From Camelus ferus (Eukaryota): a DNA stretch of 64,000 bases. Below are positions 1 to 11,824 of this stretch, piece by piece (the stretch's first letter is position 1; every line of letters starts with the position of its first letter). The DNA lies in assembly GCF_009834535.1 (NCBI RefSeq), contig NC_045729.1, positions 3,906,001 to 3,970,000 on the forward strand. Reading direction: 5' to 3'. Both the position numbers and the translations under genes were made by a program. The notes beneath the pieces are model-generated. The model did not search any database. It saw nothing but the letters and a program-made list of their open reading frames with translations, and was not told the origin of the DNA.

Positions 1-899
1 TCCCACTTTTCCTAGGAATTTCATGGTTTTGATGCCCATTTGATTTTAATCTAACATGCTTTATAAAGAACTACTGAGGATTTTCAAACGGGGGTGGGGG
101 TGGGGCAAATGTCAAATATCTTTTCAGACTGTGGCTGTCGAATGAAACTTCACCTCCTTATTATTGAATCCTCCCAGTCTAGAAGGAAATCAGAATGGCC
201 ATTTACTTTTGTTTTTCCTCATCTGTACCAATAAAGATTTATTATTTTAAGAACAAACACCCGAAGCTAAAAGATTTCCCCGACTTCTCTCTTTCTCCTA
301 GAACTTTCCCGCACTCAAGAAAGGAAACACTTCAGACATCTTTAAATGTTAATATATGTTTGGATGTTTGTTTACGAGTTTCTCTTTCATCAACTCTTCT
401 GTCACCTGTCTTTGGGGCCTAGATTTTCCCCAGCGATGAGGATGAAAAGGAAAATTTTTCTCCAGGAAAGTGACTTCAAAAATTCAGCTAGTACTGTCCT
501 GCAACCACCAGTGTAAAAACTGATTCACATAAGGATCAAAGGTGAAAGCTAAAACCATTAGGTGAGTGCCTGACTGTTGGGGAACAAGGGATGCACACGG
601 TCCCCAAGAATTATTCCACGGATTACTTATTAGTTATTAAGGGGCTTGGTATCCTCACAAGGGAGAGGTCCAGTGAACACCAACTTAATCAGGTGATTAA
701 ATTTAGCCTGAACGCCACCCTGGACCTTCTGAAGAGAAGCAGTGAATTCTTGCTAGCAGCATTTAATCTGAAACTAATCACTAGGAAACCAGCAGTTGGA
801 TGAACCCATATTGAAAAATTCACTTCTAGACAACTGTCTTGACTTTTCAAACATGTTAATGTCATGAAATACAAAATACAAAAAAAAAAAAAAAAAGGG

Positions 900-1345
900 G
901 CAGGGAAACAAGATAGTTCAAAAAAGAGACTAAATCAAAGTAAACAAACCTATGTTTACCAGGGGGAAAGGGGGTGTGAAGGGATAAATTGGGAGTTCGA
1001 GATTTGCAAATATTAACTATTATATACAAAATAGATTAAAAAAACCAAATTTCTTCTGTATATCACAGGGAACTATATTCAATATCTTGTAGTAACCTAT
1101 AATGAAAAAGAATATGAAAATCAATATATGCATGTATATGTATGACTGAAACATGTTGTACACCAGACCGACTATACTTCAATTAAAAAGAGTAAATTGA
1201 AATTAAAAAAGAGACTAAAGAGATGTGACAACCAAGCTCTATTTATTATCCTTGACTGAATCCTTTAAATCTACAAAACTACGATAAAAGATTATTTTTT
1301 TTTTAACAGTTGGAGAAATCTGGATGGGGGCTATATATTAAATAC
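900..1345 (+). mobile_element. Ancient L1M (L1MC/ME-like) 3' fragment, interrupted by a younger L1
   Basis: gagactaaagagatgtgacaaccaa...ccttgactgaatcc...acagttggagaaatctggatggg resembles old L1M 3' UTR; boundaries approximate. Confidence 0.5.
935..1204 (+). mobile_element. Young camelid-type L1 3' end, 5'-truncated
   Basis: L1 3' UTR motifs (gggataaattgggagttcgagatttgc, cacagggaactatattcaatatcttgtagtaacctataatg), A-rich tail; perfect 15-bp TSD aaaaaagagactaaa at 920-934 and 1205-1219. Confidence 0.95.
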
Positions 1346-2274
1346 TTTCAAACAGTCCAGGAAAATAGAAATATAAGATAGATACAGAAAGAAAATGAGA
1401 CAACAAAGATGGGGAAAATGTTAAGAAAAATTCCAGTAAACACGGAATCCAGATCTGGTTTTAAATAAAGTATTAGATTTGCTATACCTGTGTGATAGTA
1501 AATCTTAAAGACATACATATTTAAAGCATTAAAATGTTTACTCTAAACAAATCTTAGGTATGAATCTGATTCTCAAGTGATATAAACTAGGAGATTCTTT
1601 ACTGTGGATTCAATCGTCCTGGGACCTGTCTTTGGATTCACCACTGCCTGCAAGGACTTTTCAGTCTCACGGAGTAATAAATACCCTCCCCTATAAGTCC
1701 CTCTAACCGTATAAAGAAACACTGGTCCAGCTGAAAGATGATGAGCATCTCAACACTTTTCAAAAACATTTCAAATTTCAGGAATTTATTTATTTGCAAG
1801 AATAATTTTTGCCCAGTGGAGAGCCAGGCTCTCTGTCCTCATCTGACCACAAGTTTCAAGGCCTGGATAGCTCACGTTGACTTTCAAAAGAACTTCCTGG
1901 GCATTTTCTGTTTCTCACAAATCAACAGCAGCTTGCCACGCATAATACTAACAATTCCTACAAGCTAGTTTGATGTTTCCTCTTATTTCGCGTGATGCTG
2001 AAACGTTCTGCTTCTCCCAACCCAGGAAGCAGCATCAGGACAAAGTCTCCAGATGATGCACTGAGCACACGAAGGGACTTTTGAGAGCAAAAGAGAGAAC
2101 TACTGGAGTCTTCGTTAACCTTTTATGAGGTGTACCTTTTATATGATTAAAGCTACAGATTTTCTCTTAAACAAATGCACACATTCATACAGACTAAACA
2201 CTTTGCAAACAATGCAAAAAGTTCAGAGACTCCCTGAAGCCTACTCTTCAATCCCAGGTTCAAAACACAAGTTT

Positions 2275-2470
2275 AAATAAAACTTCCTGGCTTCAAACCC
2301 CAGGTCCACCCCTTATTTGCAGTGGATCCTGGGGAAGTTACTTAAGCTCTCTGGCCTCTCCATTTTATCTCTAAAATGGGATACCAATAGTACTAACCTC
2401 AAAGTGTCGTGGTTAGGATTTAGCAGAAGTGCCCGACACGTAGCAAATGCTTGCAAATTCTAGCTGCTGC
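2275..2470 (+). mobile_element. MIR SINE
   Basis: Core-like ggaagttacttaagctctctggcctctccattttatctctaaaatgggatacc...gtgcccgacacgtagcaaatgc. Confidence 0.75.
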
Positions 2471-2552
2471 TCTGACTGTCCTATGCTTCTTTTGTTTTAC
2501 AAAGCTGCCTGGCTCCTCATGACCACAGAAGTAAGTCCAAGCGAACTGCTAT

Positions 2553-2630
2553 TAAATGACTGGGACATTGTGCTATACACCAGAGACTGACACATTGTAA
2601 TTGACTGTGTACTTCATTCAATTAAAAAAA
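2553..2630 (+). mobile_element. Very short L1 3' tail
   Basis: atgactgggacattgtgctatacaccagagactgacacattgtaattgactg plus A tail; 9-bp TSD aactgctat (2544-2552) / aacttctat (2631-2639). Confidence 0.9.
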
Positions 2631-2689
2631 AACTTCTATCAGACCATGATGTACTTCCCAATTCTTATTTGACGATGCTCCACCTTCTC

Positions 2690-3100
2690 CCCCAAGCTCC
2701 TTGCAGCACTTGTCCGTGATGCTGCTCCCTGACCTTTCCTGCCTCAGTGCCTTTGCTCATACCATTCCTGCTCTTTGGAGCTGCCCTAACCAAGCCTATC
2801 CTTCAGTCCGCCCTGATACCTACCTACTCCCAGATGCACCCTTCAAAGCTCAGGTTAAATCCAAGCTCTCCTATGGAACTGAGCAAGCTGCAAATAATCT
2901 CTCCCTCATTGACATGACCATAGCACTACCTGGAGTAAGTGTACATTTCATCTTGTTTTACAGAAATGTGCTCCCATGTCTTCCTCTCCCACTAGACAAA
3001 AGCCCGTGTGTTCTGCTTATCTCTTCACGCTCCAAAGCCCTGTCCCAGTTACTTGTACATAGTAGCCTCACGATAAATATTTGGCAAAATGAATGGTTAA
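2690..3100 (+). mobile_element. L2 LINE 3' fragment
   Basis: gcctttgctcataccattcctgc...ccttcaaagctcaggttaaat... ending gtacatagtagcctcacgataaatatttggcaaaatgaatg, typical L2 3' end. Confidence 0.75.
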
Positions 3101-3409
3101 TCTGCAGGAAATAATTGAAACAGATAACATCTGAAACAGAATGTCATTTCCTCTCATATAAAATTTAACTGGCTTCTACTTTAATTAAGCCCAGTCCCTG
3201 GATGTTTATATTGGGGGCCAGAGAGTGTGGCCCAGGGTAGGTGTTTCCGGAGCAGAAAAGCTCAGCTTTGAACAACAGACAAAGCTAGTTAACAGGAGGA
3301 CAGCCACAGCTCTCTACTTACCTGAGTAGAAACCGATATTCTAGCTTCTCTTTTTTCATTTAAAAGGATTTTGTTTAAGCCTTCATTTTTCCTCTGGATA
3401 ATGTTTAGA

Positions 3410-4230
3410 TTCATTCACTCTTTCAAATACATTGACTGAACATTAACATGCTAGAAGCTGTGTACAAAGATACATATGATTGGATGGCCCTAGAGATGAT
3501 TATACTAAGTGAAGGAAGTCAGAGAAAGACAAATGCTACATGATATCACTTATATGTGGCAGCTAAAAAAGTGCCACAAAGAAACTGATTTGTAAAACAG
3601 AAACAGACTCACAGACACAGAAAATAAACTTATGGTTACCAAGGGGGAAAGGGAGGAAAAGGGACAATTAAGGGATTTGAAATTAACAGATATATACTAT
3701 GTATAAAATAGATAAACAAGGTCCTATTGTATAGCACAGAGAACTACATTCAGTATCTTACAATAACCTATAAAGGAAGAGAATACATTCATGCACAACT
3801 GAATCGCTGTGCACCAGAAACTAACACAATATTGTAAACCAATGATACTTCAATTAAGAAAAAAAGATGGATATGACAGACCCTTCTTTTTCGGAGTTCG
3901 TACTTGGGGGGAGATGGGCATCTTGCCAGACAGAGCACAGAGGCTGTCATTTGAGCTCAAGCTGAGACGAAGAGGTGGGAGAAGCAGCAGACGACGCTGG
4001 CAGAGGGGACAGCCGATCCAACAGCCAGGAGCCCTAAAAGGCACGCTTGGGATACAGTGAAGAATCCAGGTCAGCTCAGGCTCATGGTGGATTTCAGAGC
4101 AACGGTAAGACACACAAGTCTGAGCGGCAGGGATGGAGCCAGGTCAGCACGGAGTTTTGAACTGTTTCTAATGGGGAGAATGGAGTTTTTGAAGCAATCC
4201 ATGATGACCCAACCCACATTCCAACCCACA
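3410..4230 (-). mobile_element. L2 LINE fragment split by an L1 insertion
   Basis: ttcattcactctttcaaatacattgactgaac... resumes after the L1 (gacagacccttc...gtcatttgagctcaagctgag); boundaries approximate. Confidence 0.65.
3480..3862 (+). mobile_element. L1 3' UTR fragment (older artiodactyl-type)
   Basis: tagagatgattatactaagtgaag...acagaaacagactcacagacacagaaaataaacttatggttacc...gaaactaacacaatattgtaaacc; 14-bp TSD aaagatacatatga (3466-3479) / aaagatggatatga (3863-3876). Confidence 0.93.
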
Positions 4231-4959
4231 TTAAGAGCAGGGTGGGAATGGGACTGAAGTGGAGAGAAGCTGGTAGCAGGAATATTAGGGGAAAAAAAAA
4301 AAAACCCTGCCAGCTGGGCTCCATGGCAAGATAGGAGGATCCCAACGCAGGTCCAGCCCTTCGGCGGTTTTCTCAGTCTGGCTGCTGGTCTTCCTGCTCC
4401 CTTTGCAGGTCCAGCTGCCATCCCTTCCAAGCTACACTAGCTCCAAGACACTACTATCTCTGACAATTAGTAAGCATTTACTTGAGTTAATTTAGTAAAC
4501 ACAGTGGGCAGGAAATTATCTAAGTTGAAAAGATGCATCAGATTCCTAACGTGCCCTGAAATAAACTGTCAGGCTCCACCAAGTAGATTTCTCCTTGCTC
4601 TTTTTTCCTTCATCTACTGAGTGTTCATTCACTTGCTGAGGTCCCACTAAGTGTTGGCCATTATTACCCTTGAAGCCAAGGACATGAGGATACACAAGAC
4701 GTTGTTCCTACTCTACAGACATTCAACGCGTGGCAGAGGTGTTAGCTGTCATCTGTCCCCCAACGGGAATGACTCGTCGGGCAAGTCCTCCTTGACGCTC
4801 TTCATCTTACATGAAGCTGTTTAAAAATGTGTTCTGGACATCGGTCACAGTACCCACTTGTAGCTCATTTTTACCTTAAATGACTGGTTATCTATGCATG
4901 AACTGTATAGATGGGCTGAGGTTCCTGCTACACTATCTGGGGTTCCTTTGCTTATACTG

Positions 4960-5547
4960 TATAGTAGATACGTGTGAATTTGCTCGCTCACTAAGATTTA
5001 TTTGTAATCCCCAAATCAGTACTGGTGGTGCTTTGTGGTCATTCACGGCCATGCACAGATCAGCAAAAAATGTGCGCATCTGTGTGCATGGTCCCAGCTG
5101 TGACTGTTTCAGTCCACTCTCTTAACACAAATAAGTGTTCTTTTCTGGTCTTATCCTCTGCCATGCTTTTCACTTTTCTGTGTTCTTTGTTGGTAATTTC
5201 AGTGTTTAAAATGGTCCCCGAGCATGGGGCCGAAGAGCTGTTCAGTGTTTCCAAGTGCAAGAAGGCTGTGATGCGCCTTGCAGAGAAAATGCACATGTTA
5301 GATAAGCTTAGCTCAGGCATGAATCACAGTGCTGTGGATTGTGAATTCAGTGCTAACGAAATCAACATCAACCAAGGTCCCTTTAAACAGAAACAAGGTT
5401 ATGTATTGGTCAGTTAAGAAAACGCTGAGAGAGGCTCACGGGAACCTCGTTCTGTGCGTCTCCTCGGGGCAATGCTTCAGCAGGTGCCAACTCAGTGTTC
5501 CCGTAACTTTAGGGAATTTAACTACTGCAAATAACAAGACTCAGCTG
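4960..5547 (+). mobile_element. MER82-like TcMar-Tigger DNA transposon
   Basis: Matches remembered MER82 consensus (atttatttgtaatccccaaatcagtact; aagaaggctgtgatgcgccttgcagagaaaatgc; aactactgcaaataacaagactcagctg end); transposase N-terminal remnant MVPEHGAEELFSVSKCKKAVMRLAEKMHMLDKLSSGM at 5211-5417. Confidence 0.85.
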
Positions 5548-6993
5548 TGTTCTACCAGGTAAAGGGTGCAAAGAACCAGCCATAACACAATGACTTTCTT
5601 TCAGCTGTACCTTCTCAGGAGTCAGGAAGGTCACAAAGCAAGGAAAGAGTGTTGCTGTTTTCCCTTGGGAGAAGTTTTATGCTTAAAGCCTGATGCTCCT
5701 TGAAGGCTGCTTATTTCCTGCTTGGTTTTTTAACAACCCCAGCAACACAGGAGGCCCAATTTAGGTGAAAGGCCCCTGAAGAGAATATTCTGCGCCAGGC
5801 CTCACGCAAGATCAGGTTAGACCCTGAAGATGCAAAAAGCCCACTTTTCTAAGAAAATAATCTGTTCTTTAATTTCTAAAAATTTATAAACAGTAAGATC
5901 ATTTAAGTCCCACCAAATTATCCAAAACTTCTGAGAATGCCCCAGGGTCCCTGTTTCCCTTTGCAAAAGCTGTTCCTTCCTCCAACAGGGAATAACTTCC
6001 GGACATCAGTGCACCAGAAGCCAGCTTCCCTGCTCCAGGAATTCCACGCTTTAGAACCAGAAGCATTAATGGAGAGTTCTATCCTGTCCTCTTGACTCTC
6101 TCCCAAGGTTGACATAGTGTTTACTTATTAAACAAAACAGTCATCCAAACAGAGATCTGTTGAAAAGCTTCCAAGCAAGAGGAGAGGCCATGGCAAGGAT
6201 GAGGAACAGCTAATCAGAAACCAAGGGCAAGAAACGCTGGGTCCAAAATAAATATAGTACAAAATGCCCAGAACAGCCCAGAAAGACAGCTGATGATTTT
6301 TTTTTCTGAAATCTCTTAATATCACAGTATCAAATGGCACAAGTATCTAACACCAAGCACATAATTACTACCATGAAGGTAAAGGAATAAAGTAAAAACC
6401 AACACGCAAACAAGAAGAGATGATGGTGTAACAATAACTCGTGTTTGAAATACAAACTAAAATGCAACTACCATATCATACTTGGGAGTTAATCATTGGC
6501 AGGGATCACATCTCAGGTCAACGCAATGGTCACGGGAAGCTGTCTAAGGCTATTTCAAGCTCTGAAAGCAACCGTTAATTTCTAAGGAGATAGCATGTAT
6601 TGTTTTTTGCCTGAAGACTTAACTGAATCCCGCTGCACTGGCTATAAAATGCCACACCCCAAATTTAAGCCTTCTTTTGGTTGGAGCAGCTCTGGGCTGT
6701 GATCTGACAAGGAGAGGCCAGCATTATGGTGCACAAGGAACACGGAACACACCCTGGGGACTCAACCTCATTTCTGCGATTATGATGCACGAAGCTTTGG
6801 GCTGCTGCTGAATAACAGATTTAAGAACGATAGAAATCTCTTCTCCCACTTCCTCACTCCCAAAGCGATGGAGAGGCTTCGCTGATTGAAATTCTGGTGC
6901 CAGAACCCAGGTTTCTCTAAAATATCGCAATATTAAACCGTAGATCCAATAAGCGAGAGTCAAAATTCCCTTGACCCTCTTCTTCCTTCTTAC

Positions 6994-7199
6994 AACACTG
7001 CTGAGACTACACAACTGAGTGCCATCAGAGGTGCCAAGGCCTCCTCATTAAAGGCAGAAACGCATGGTGACTTGAGAGAAACGCATGCCGCCTGTGCAGC
7101 TACAGAGCCAGCATGTGCACCACCCCACCACATATTTTGATTATTTGTTAAATCTGTAAAATGTCCTTTCTGTCTGTCTACAGTTTCGCTCTTGCATAT
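6994..7199 (-). other. Candidate non-coding exon, low confidence
   Basis: Strong minus-strand acceptor ctttgactttttctctccttactacag|ATATGC at 7200; only a weak donor GTT|gtaaga at 6993. Confidence 0.22.
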
Positions 7200-7254
7200 C
7201 TGTAGTAAGGAGAGAAAAAGTCAAAGGCGCTGACTGCCAGTTTCCCACGAGGCA

Positions 7255-7369
7255 AGGAGAAAACAAGCAAGGAAAAGGGAGAAAAAAAGAAAAAAGGGGA
7301 AAAAAGGGAAAGAGGGAAAAAAGGGGGGAAAAGGGAAAAAGGGGAATAAAAAGGAAGAAAAAAAAAAGG
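7255..7369 (+). repeat. Purine-rich (A/G) low-complexity tract
   Basis: About 115 bp of alternating A and G runs with very few pyrimidines. Confidence 0.95.
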
Positions 7370-7776
7370 GCTGGCTGTGGGCTTTGGTAAGTGGGGCACA
7401 GAGCTCTGAGCGGCCCTCCAAACCCCATCCCTGCGCTCACACACACGGAAGCATCTGTTTGAAGGAACAGCTCCAGAAGCCGAACTAAATCCCCATTTGA
7501 TTGTAAGGGTGAGGGTCGCTATTTGGTAAAGGAGGGAGAGGTTACTAGAGGGAAGAAAAACAAAAAGGAAGAAGTTTCCTAAGTTTCATAAAGAAAAGAG
7601 ATTCATTTACATATTATCTCAAGTGATGATGAGCCAGGGAAGCCTGAGACAAAACCGCCCATGTGGCCCATGACTCCAAATAAGGCAGCCATTCCCCAGG
7701 CAGTGTGTCCGGAAGGTTTAGCACGGATTGCCTGGAATAAAGAATGTTACGTCCCACCAAAAGGAAAAAAAAAAAA

Positions 7777-7909
7777 GGGAGAGGGTATAGCTCAGTGGTA
7801 GAGCGCATGCTCAGCCTGCACAAGGTCCTGGGTTCGACCCCCAGTACCTCCTCTAAGAATAAATAAATAAATGAACCTAATTACCTCCCCCACCCCACCC
7901 CCCAAAAAA
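7777..7909 (+). mobile_element. Camelid tRNA-Ala-derived SINE
   Basis: A box tagctcagtgg (7788-7798), B box gttcgaccc (7832-7840), tail aataaataaataaatgaacctaattacctcccc. Confidence 0.93.
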
Positions 7910-9286
7910 TAGAATGTCAGGTCCACGATATGTAGTCAGGAGACCTCAGAGCCCATGTAATAATTAAAGTGACAGAGATGGCAAGAAGGGTATGGAAGAA
8001 AAGGCACAAAGGGACAGAGCTGTGGTGGATGCTTTTCTTCAGGGATGACATTATCTCAACTGCTCAGAAACCACCGCACGCCCAGGTGGAGTGACCACGT
8101 GGGCAGGCCTGAGTGATGACTGGCCATCCCCACGGCCTTCATCGGCCTCGAGAAGAGAAGGCAGGGACCAGGCCAGGCGAGAAGCCCCACCTCATTCCTC
8201 TGCCTGGGTCCACTCGGCCTCAAAAGCAGAACTGGACAGCTTTCACCATCATCACTGGTGACCTCAAGGACAATTGCCACACCAGAGAGACTCGGGTGTG
8301 GCCTGGGCTCTGGGGCAAACAGTATTTCCATTTGCCAATTGCTAGAACATCCAAATGGCTCGAAGTACAAATATTCCAAAGTTTCCAGTTTACTTTAATT
8401 CCTTCCTATATGTCCTCTTGTATCAGCTTCTTACAGATACCTTTGGGTATAAGAGGACAGAGGTCAGAACTTAAAAGTCATTAAGTGAGAACACTATCGA
8501 GGATTCTTATTTTATTCATTCAACTGAACCCAGTATTTCATTTCAATGCTAATTTTTCAATATCGTTTTTCAAATAAATATTTTCTTCAACGTCTGGAAC
8601 AACAAAACAAACCCAAATTTAATGTGTGACACTCCCAACTGTGTGACTGTACCGTGAGAACCGAGAATTTAAATAGAGACATGAGATAAAGCCAGACACA
8701 CCTTTCGTAATCCAGCTATGCCATGTATTTAATGCAATGTCTTGAATATTTCTTTTTGTAGTTTAACAAAAATACAAACATCCTTTAATGAATAAAGCAA
8801 GTGTATGTGAGCTAGTTAAAGTAGGGGTTGGTGAGAAAATGAATTTATATATACTCACACAGCCTTAAATCAGTCACAACCATCTGGTCACCTGTTTTGG
8901 GGGGGGGTTGTGTGTATATATATACATATATATTTTTTTTTTATTGACATATAGTCAGTTTACAATGTGTCAATTTCCAGTGTACAGCATAATGCTTCAG
9001 TCATACGTGAATATACATATATTCATTTTCACATTCTCTTTCACCATTAAGTTACTATAAGATATTGAATCTAGTTCCCTGTGCTGTACGGTATGAACTT
9101 GTTGTTTATCTGTTTTATATATATCAGTTAGTATGTGCAAATCTCTACTCCCAATTTATCCCTTCCCGTCACCCTCCCCACCGGTAACCACAAGTTTGTT
9201 CTCTATGTCTGGGAGTCTGTTTCTGTTTTGCAAATAAAGTTTGTCTTTTTTTTTTTTTTTAAGATTCCGCATATAAATTGTATCAT

Positions 9287-9424
9287 NNNNNNNNNNNNNN
9301 NNNNNNNNNNNNNNNNNNNNNNNNNNNNNNNNNNNNNNNNNNNNNNNNNNNNNNNNNNNNNNNNNNNNNNNNNNNNNNNNNNNNNNNNNNNNNNNNNNNN
9401 NNNNNNNNNNNNNNNNNNNNNNNN
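9287..9424. other. Assembly gap (138 N) inside the L1
   Basis: Run of N. Confidence 1.
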
Positions 9425-9817
9425 CCAGCCATCTGTCAATGGACATTTAGGTTGTTTCCATGTCTTGGCTATTGTATACAGTGCTGTTATGAACACTGGG
9501 GTGCATGTATCTTTTTGAATTAAGGTTCCCTCTGGATATATGACCAGAAGTGGGATTGCTGGATCATATGATAAGTCTGTTTTTAGTTTTTTGAGGAATC
9601 TCCATACTGTTTTCCGTAATGGATACACCAAACTACGTTCCCACCAGCAGTGTAGGAGGGTTCCTTTTTCTCCACAGCCTCTCCAGCATTTATTGTTTGT
9701 GGACTTTTGAATGATGGTCATTCTGACTGGTGGGAGGTGATACCTCACTGTAGTTTTGATTTGCATTTCTCTGATAATTAGTGATATTGAGCATTTTTTC
9801 ATGTGCCTATTGGCCAT
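9425..9817 (-). pseudogene. L1 ORF2p C-terminal (Cys-rich) remnant
   Basis: [28 protein letters not shown]...[17 protein letters not shown]...YDPAIPLL...[12 protein letters not shown] is canonical L1 ORF2p C-terminus; the element lacks the EN and most RT sequence. Confidence 0.97.
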
Positions 9818-10844
9818 TTGTATGTTTTCACTGGAGAATTGTTTGTTTAGGACTTCTGCTCATTTTTGGATTGGGTTGTTTGGTTTTTTTCTTATTAAGT
9901 TGTATGAGCTGTTTATATATTCTGGAGATTAAGCACTTGTCAGTCTCATCTTTTGCAAAACTTTTCTCCTATTCTGTAGGTCTTTTGTTTTGCTTATGGT
10001 TTCCTTTGCTGCGCAAAAGTTTATAAGTTTAATTAGGTCCTATTTGTTTATTTTTGCTCTTATTTCTATTGCCTGGGTACCTGCCCTAGGAGAACACTGC
10101 TGAGATTTATGTCAGAGAATGTTTTGCCTATGTTTTCTTCTAAGAGGTTTATAGTGTCTTATCTTATGTTTAAGTTTTTAAGCCATTTTGTGTTTATTTT
10201 TTTATGTATGGTGTAAGGGAGTGTTCTAACTTCACTGCTTTACATGCTGCTGTCCAGTTTTCCTAACACCATTTGCTGAAGAAACTGTCTTTACTCCATT
10301 GTATGTTCTTGCCTCCTTTGTCAAAGATTAATTGATCAAAAGTTTGTGGGTTTATTTCTGGGTTCTATATCCTGCTAAATTGGTCCATATGTCTGTTTTT
10401 GTATCAATATCATGCTGTTTTGATTTCTGTAGCTCTGTAATATTGTCTGAAGGCTGTTATTCCTGCAGCTTCCTTCTTTTTCTTCAGTATTGCTTTGGCA
10501 ATTCTGGGTCTTTTGTGATTTCATATAAATTTTATGATTATTTGTTCCAGTTCTGTGAAAAACTGTCCTGGGGAATTTGATAGGGATGGCATTAAATCTG
10601 TGGTCATCTGTTTTTTATCTGCTGCGGACATTAACAATTTTGTGAACTGAGGTCACATCTTAAAACTATTCCTTCCCCTACTATCATAAGTGCCAAAATC
10701 TGTTGTCACAAAAACTTTCGCCTTGTGATCAACCCATGAAAGAATACAACATTTAGAAAAACGCAACTACACCCAAAACCAGGTATTATTACTTTTAGAG
10801 ACTTCACAGAATTCCCTTGTGCCTCAAAGTCCCCATCTAACCTT

Positions 10845-10960
10845 CTGATTTTACAGATGAGAAAGCTGAGACCCAGGATTAATCATATACCTTAAGTTCC
10901 ACAGTTAATTAGTAGAGAAGTCAGCACTAGAATTTCAGAGTCTTGGGTCAAATGTTCTCT
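10845..10960 (-). mobile_element. MIR fragment
   Basis: attttacagatgagaaagctgagacccagg core. Confidence 0.75.
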
Positions 10961-10987
10961 TTGACTCAATTCATTCTAAAAGTTTCT

Positions 10988-11303
10988 CTTCTTTTCTCTT
11001 TTTAAAATTAGTTTACAGTGCTGTGTCAATTTCTGATGTACAACATGTTTCAGTCATACATATACATACATATATTCCTTTTCATATTCTTTTTCATTAT
11101 AGGTTACTACAAGATACTGAATACAGTTCCCTGCACTATACAGTAGAAACCTGTTGTTCATTTAATTTTATATATAGTAATCAGTATCTGCAAATCTCGA
11201 ACTCCCAATTTATCCCTTCCCACTCCCTTTCCCCTCTGGTAACCATAAGTTTGTTTTTTATGTCTGTGTGTCTGTTTCTGTTTTGTAAATAAGTTCATTT
11301 GTA
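10988..11303 (-). mobile_element. Young L1 3' end
   Basis: Reverse L1 3' UTR (gcaaatctcgaactcccaatttatccc); perfect 13-bp TSD tctaaaagtttct at 10975-10987 and 11304-11316. Confidence 0.96.
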
Positions 11304-11780
11304 TCTAAAAGTTTCTTTTTTAGAACACTGGATTATTCACTTGTTAGATCATAATCTCACCGAGGGCAAAATGAAGCTTCATCTACACCATATGCCCCAA
11401 TGGCTGGGCCAGAATTCACCAACAGGTGGAAAGATGTCCCCAACCATGGCCAGCTGGAACAGACACCCTGTACCAGCTGTGTCTGTAGTCAATCACCCAC
11501 AAGCCTCTCTCCAAAGCTCCCTGGTAAATAAGGACACTTGTTTGCAAAATGCTTGGCAAGGATTGAGAGCACACTACAGAAATTATTTTCCTCTGTGCAA
11601 AACGACCCAGCTTTCCTGTGAATCTCAGCTCCTCTGGCTGCTTCTTGAACACACTGAGTAAAGCAGTTCCAACAGCCAAGAGTGTCTTCACTGACTCAGC
11701 CTGGGGAGGGACCTGCCAAGGACACAGGGACAAATGTTTCCCTTCATCTTTCCTCTGAGTTTCAGCTTAAGGCGGGGCAA

Positions 11781-11824
11781 GTAGGAAAATATTTTTGTTA
11801 GTGTAGGAAAATATTTTTGTTAGT
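11781..11824. repeat. Perfect 22-bp tandem duplication
   Basis: gtaggaaaatatttttgttagt twice (11781-11802, 11803-11824). Confidence 0.97.

Larger units (their letters stand above)
8899..10600 (-). mobile_element. 5'-truncated L1 (about 1.7 kb): ORF2 3' part, 3' UTR and tail
   Basis: L1 3' UTR and ORF2 C-terminal homology; 14-bp TSD tggtcacctgtttt (8885-8898) / tggtcatctgtttt (10601-10614). Confidence 0.97.

Noticed and set aside
3316-3324. Isolated consensus minus-strand donor CAG|gtaagt (similarly GAG|gtgagt at 38487-38495)
   Set aside because: No adequate upstream acceptor at exon distance; such hexamers are common by chance.
7141-7446. Phe/Pro-rich ORFs in three minus frames
   Set aside because: Artefacts of translating the polypurine tract.
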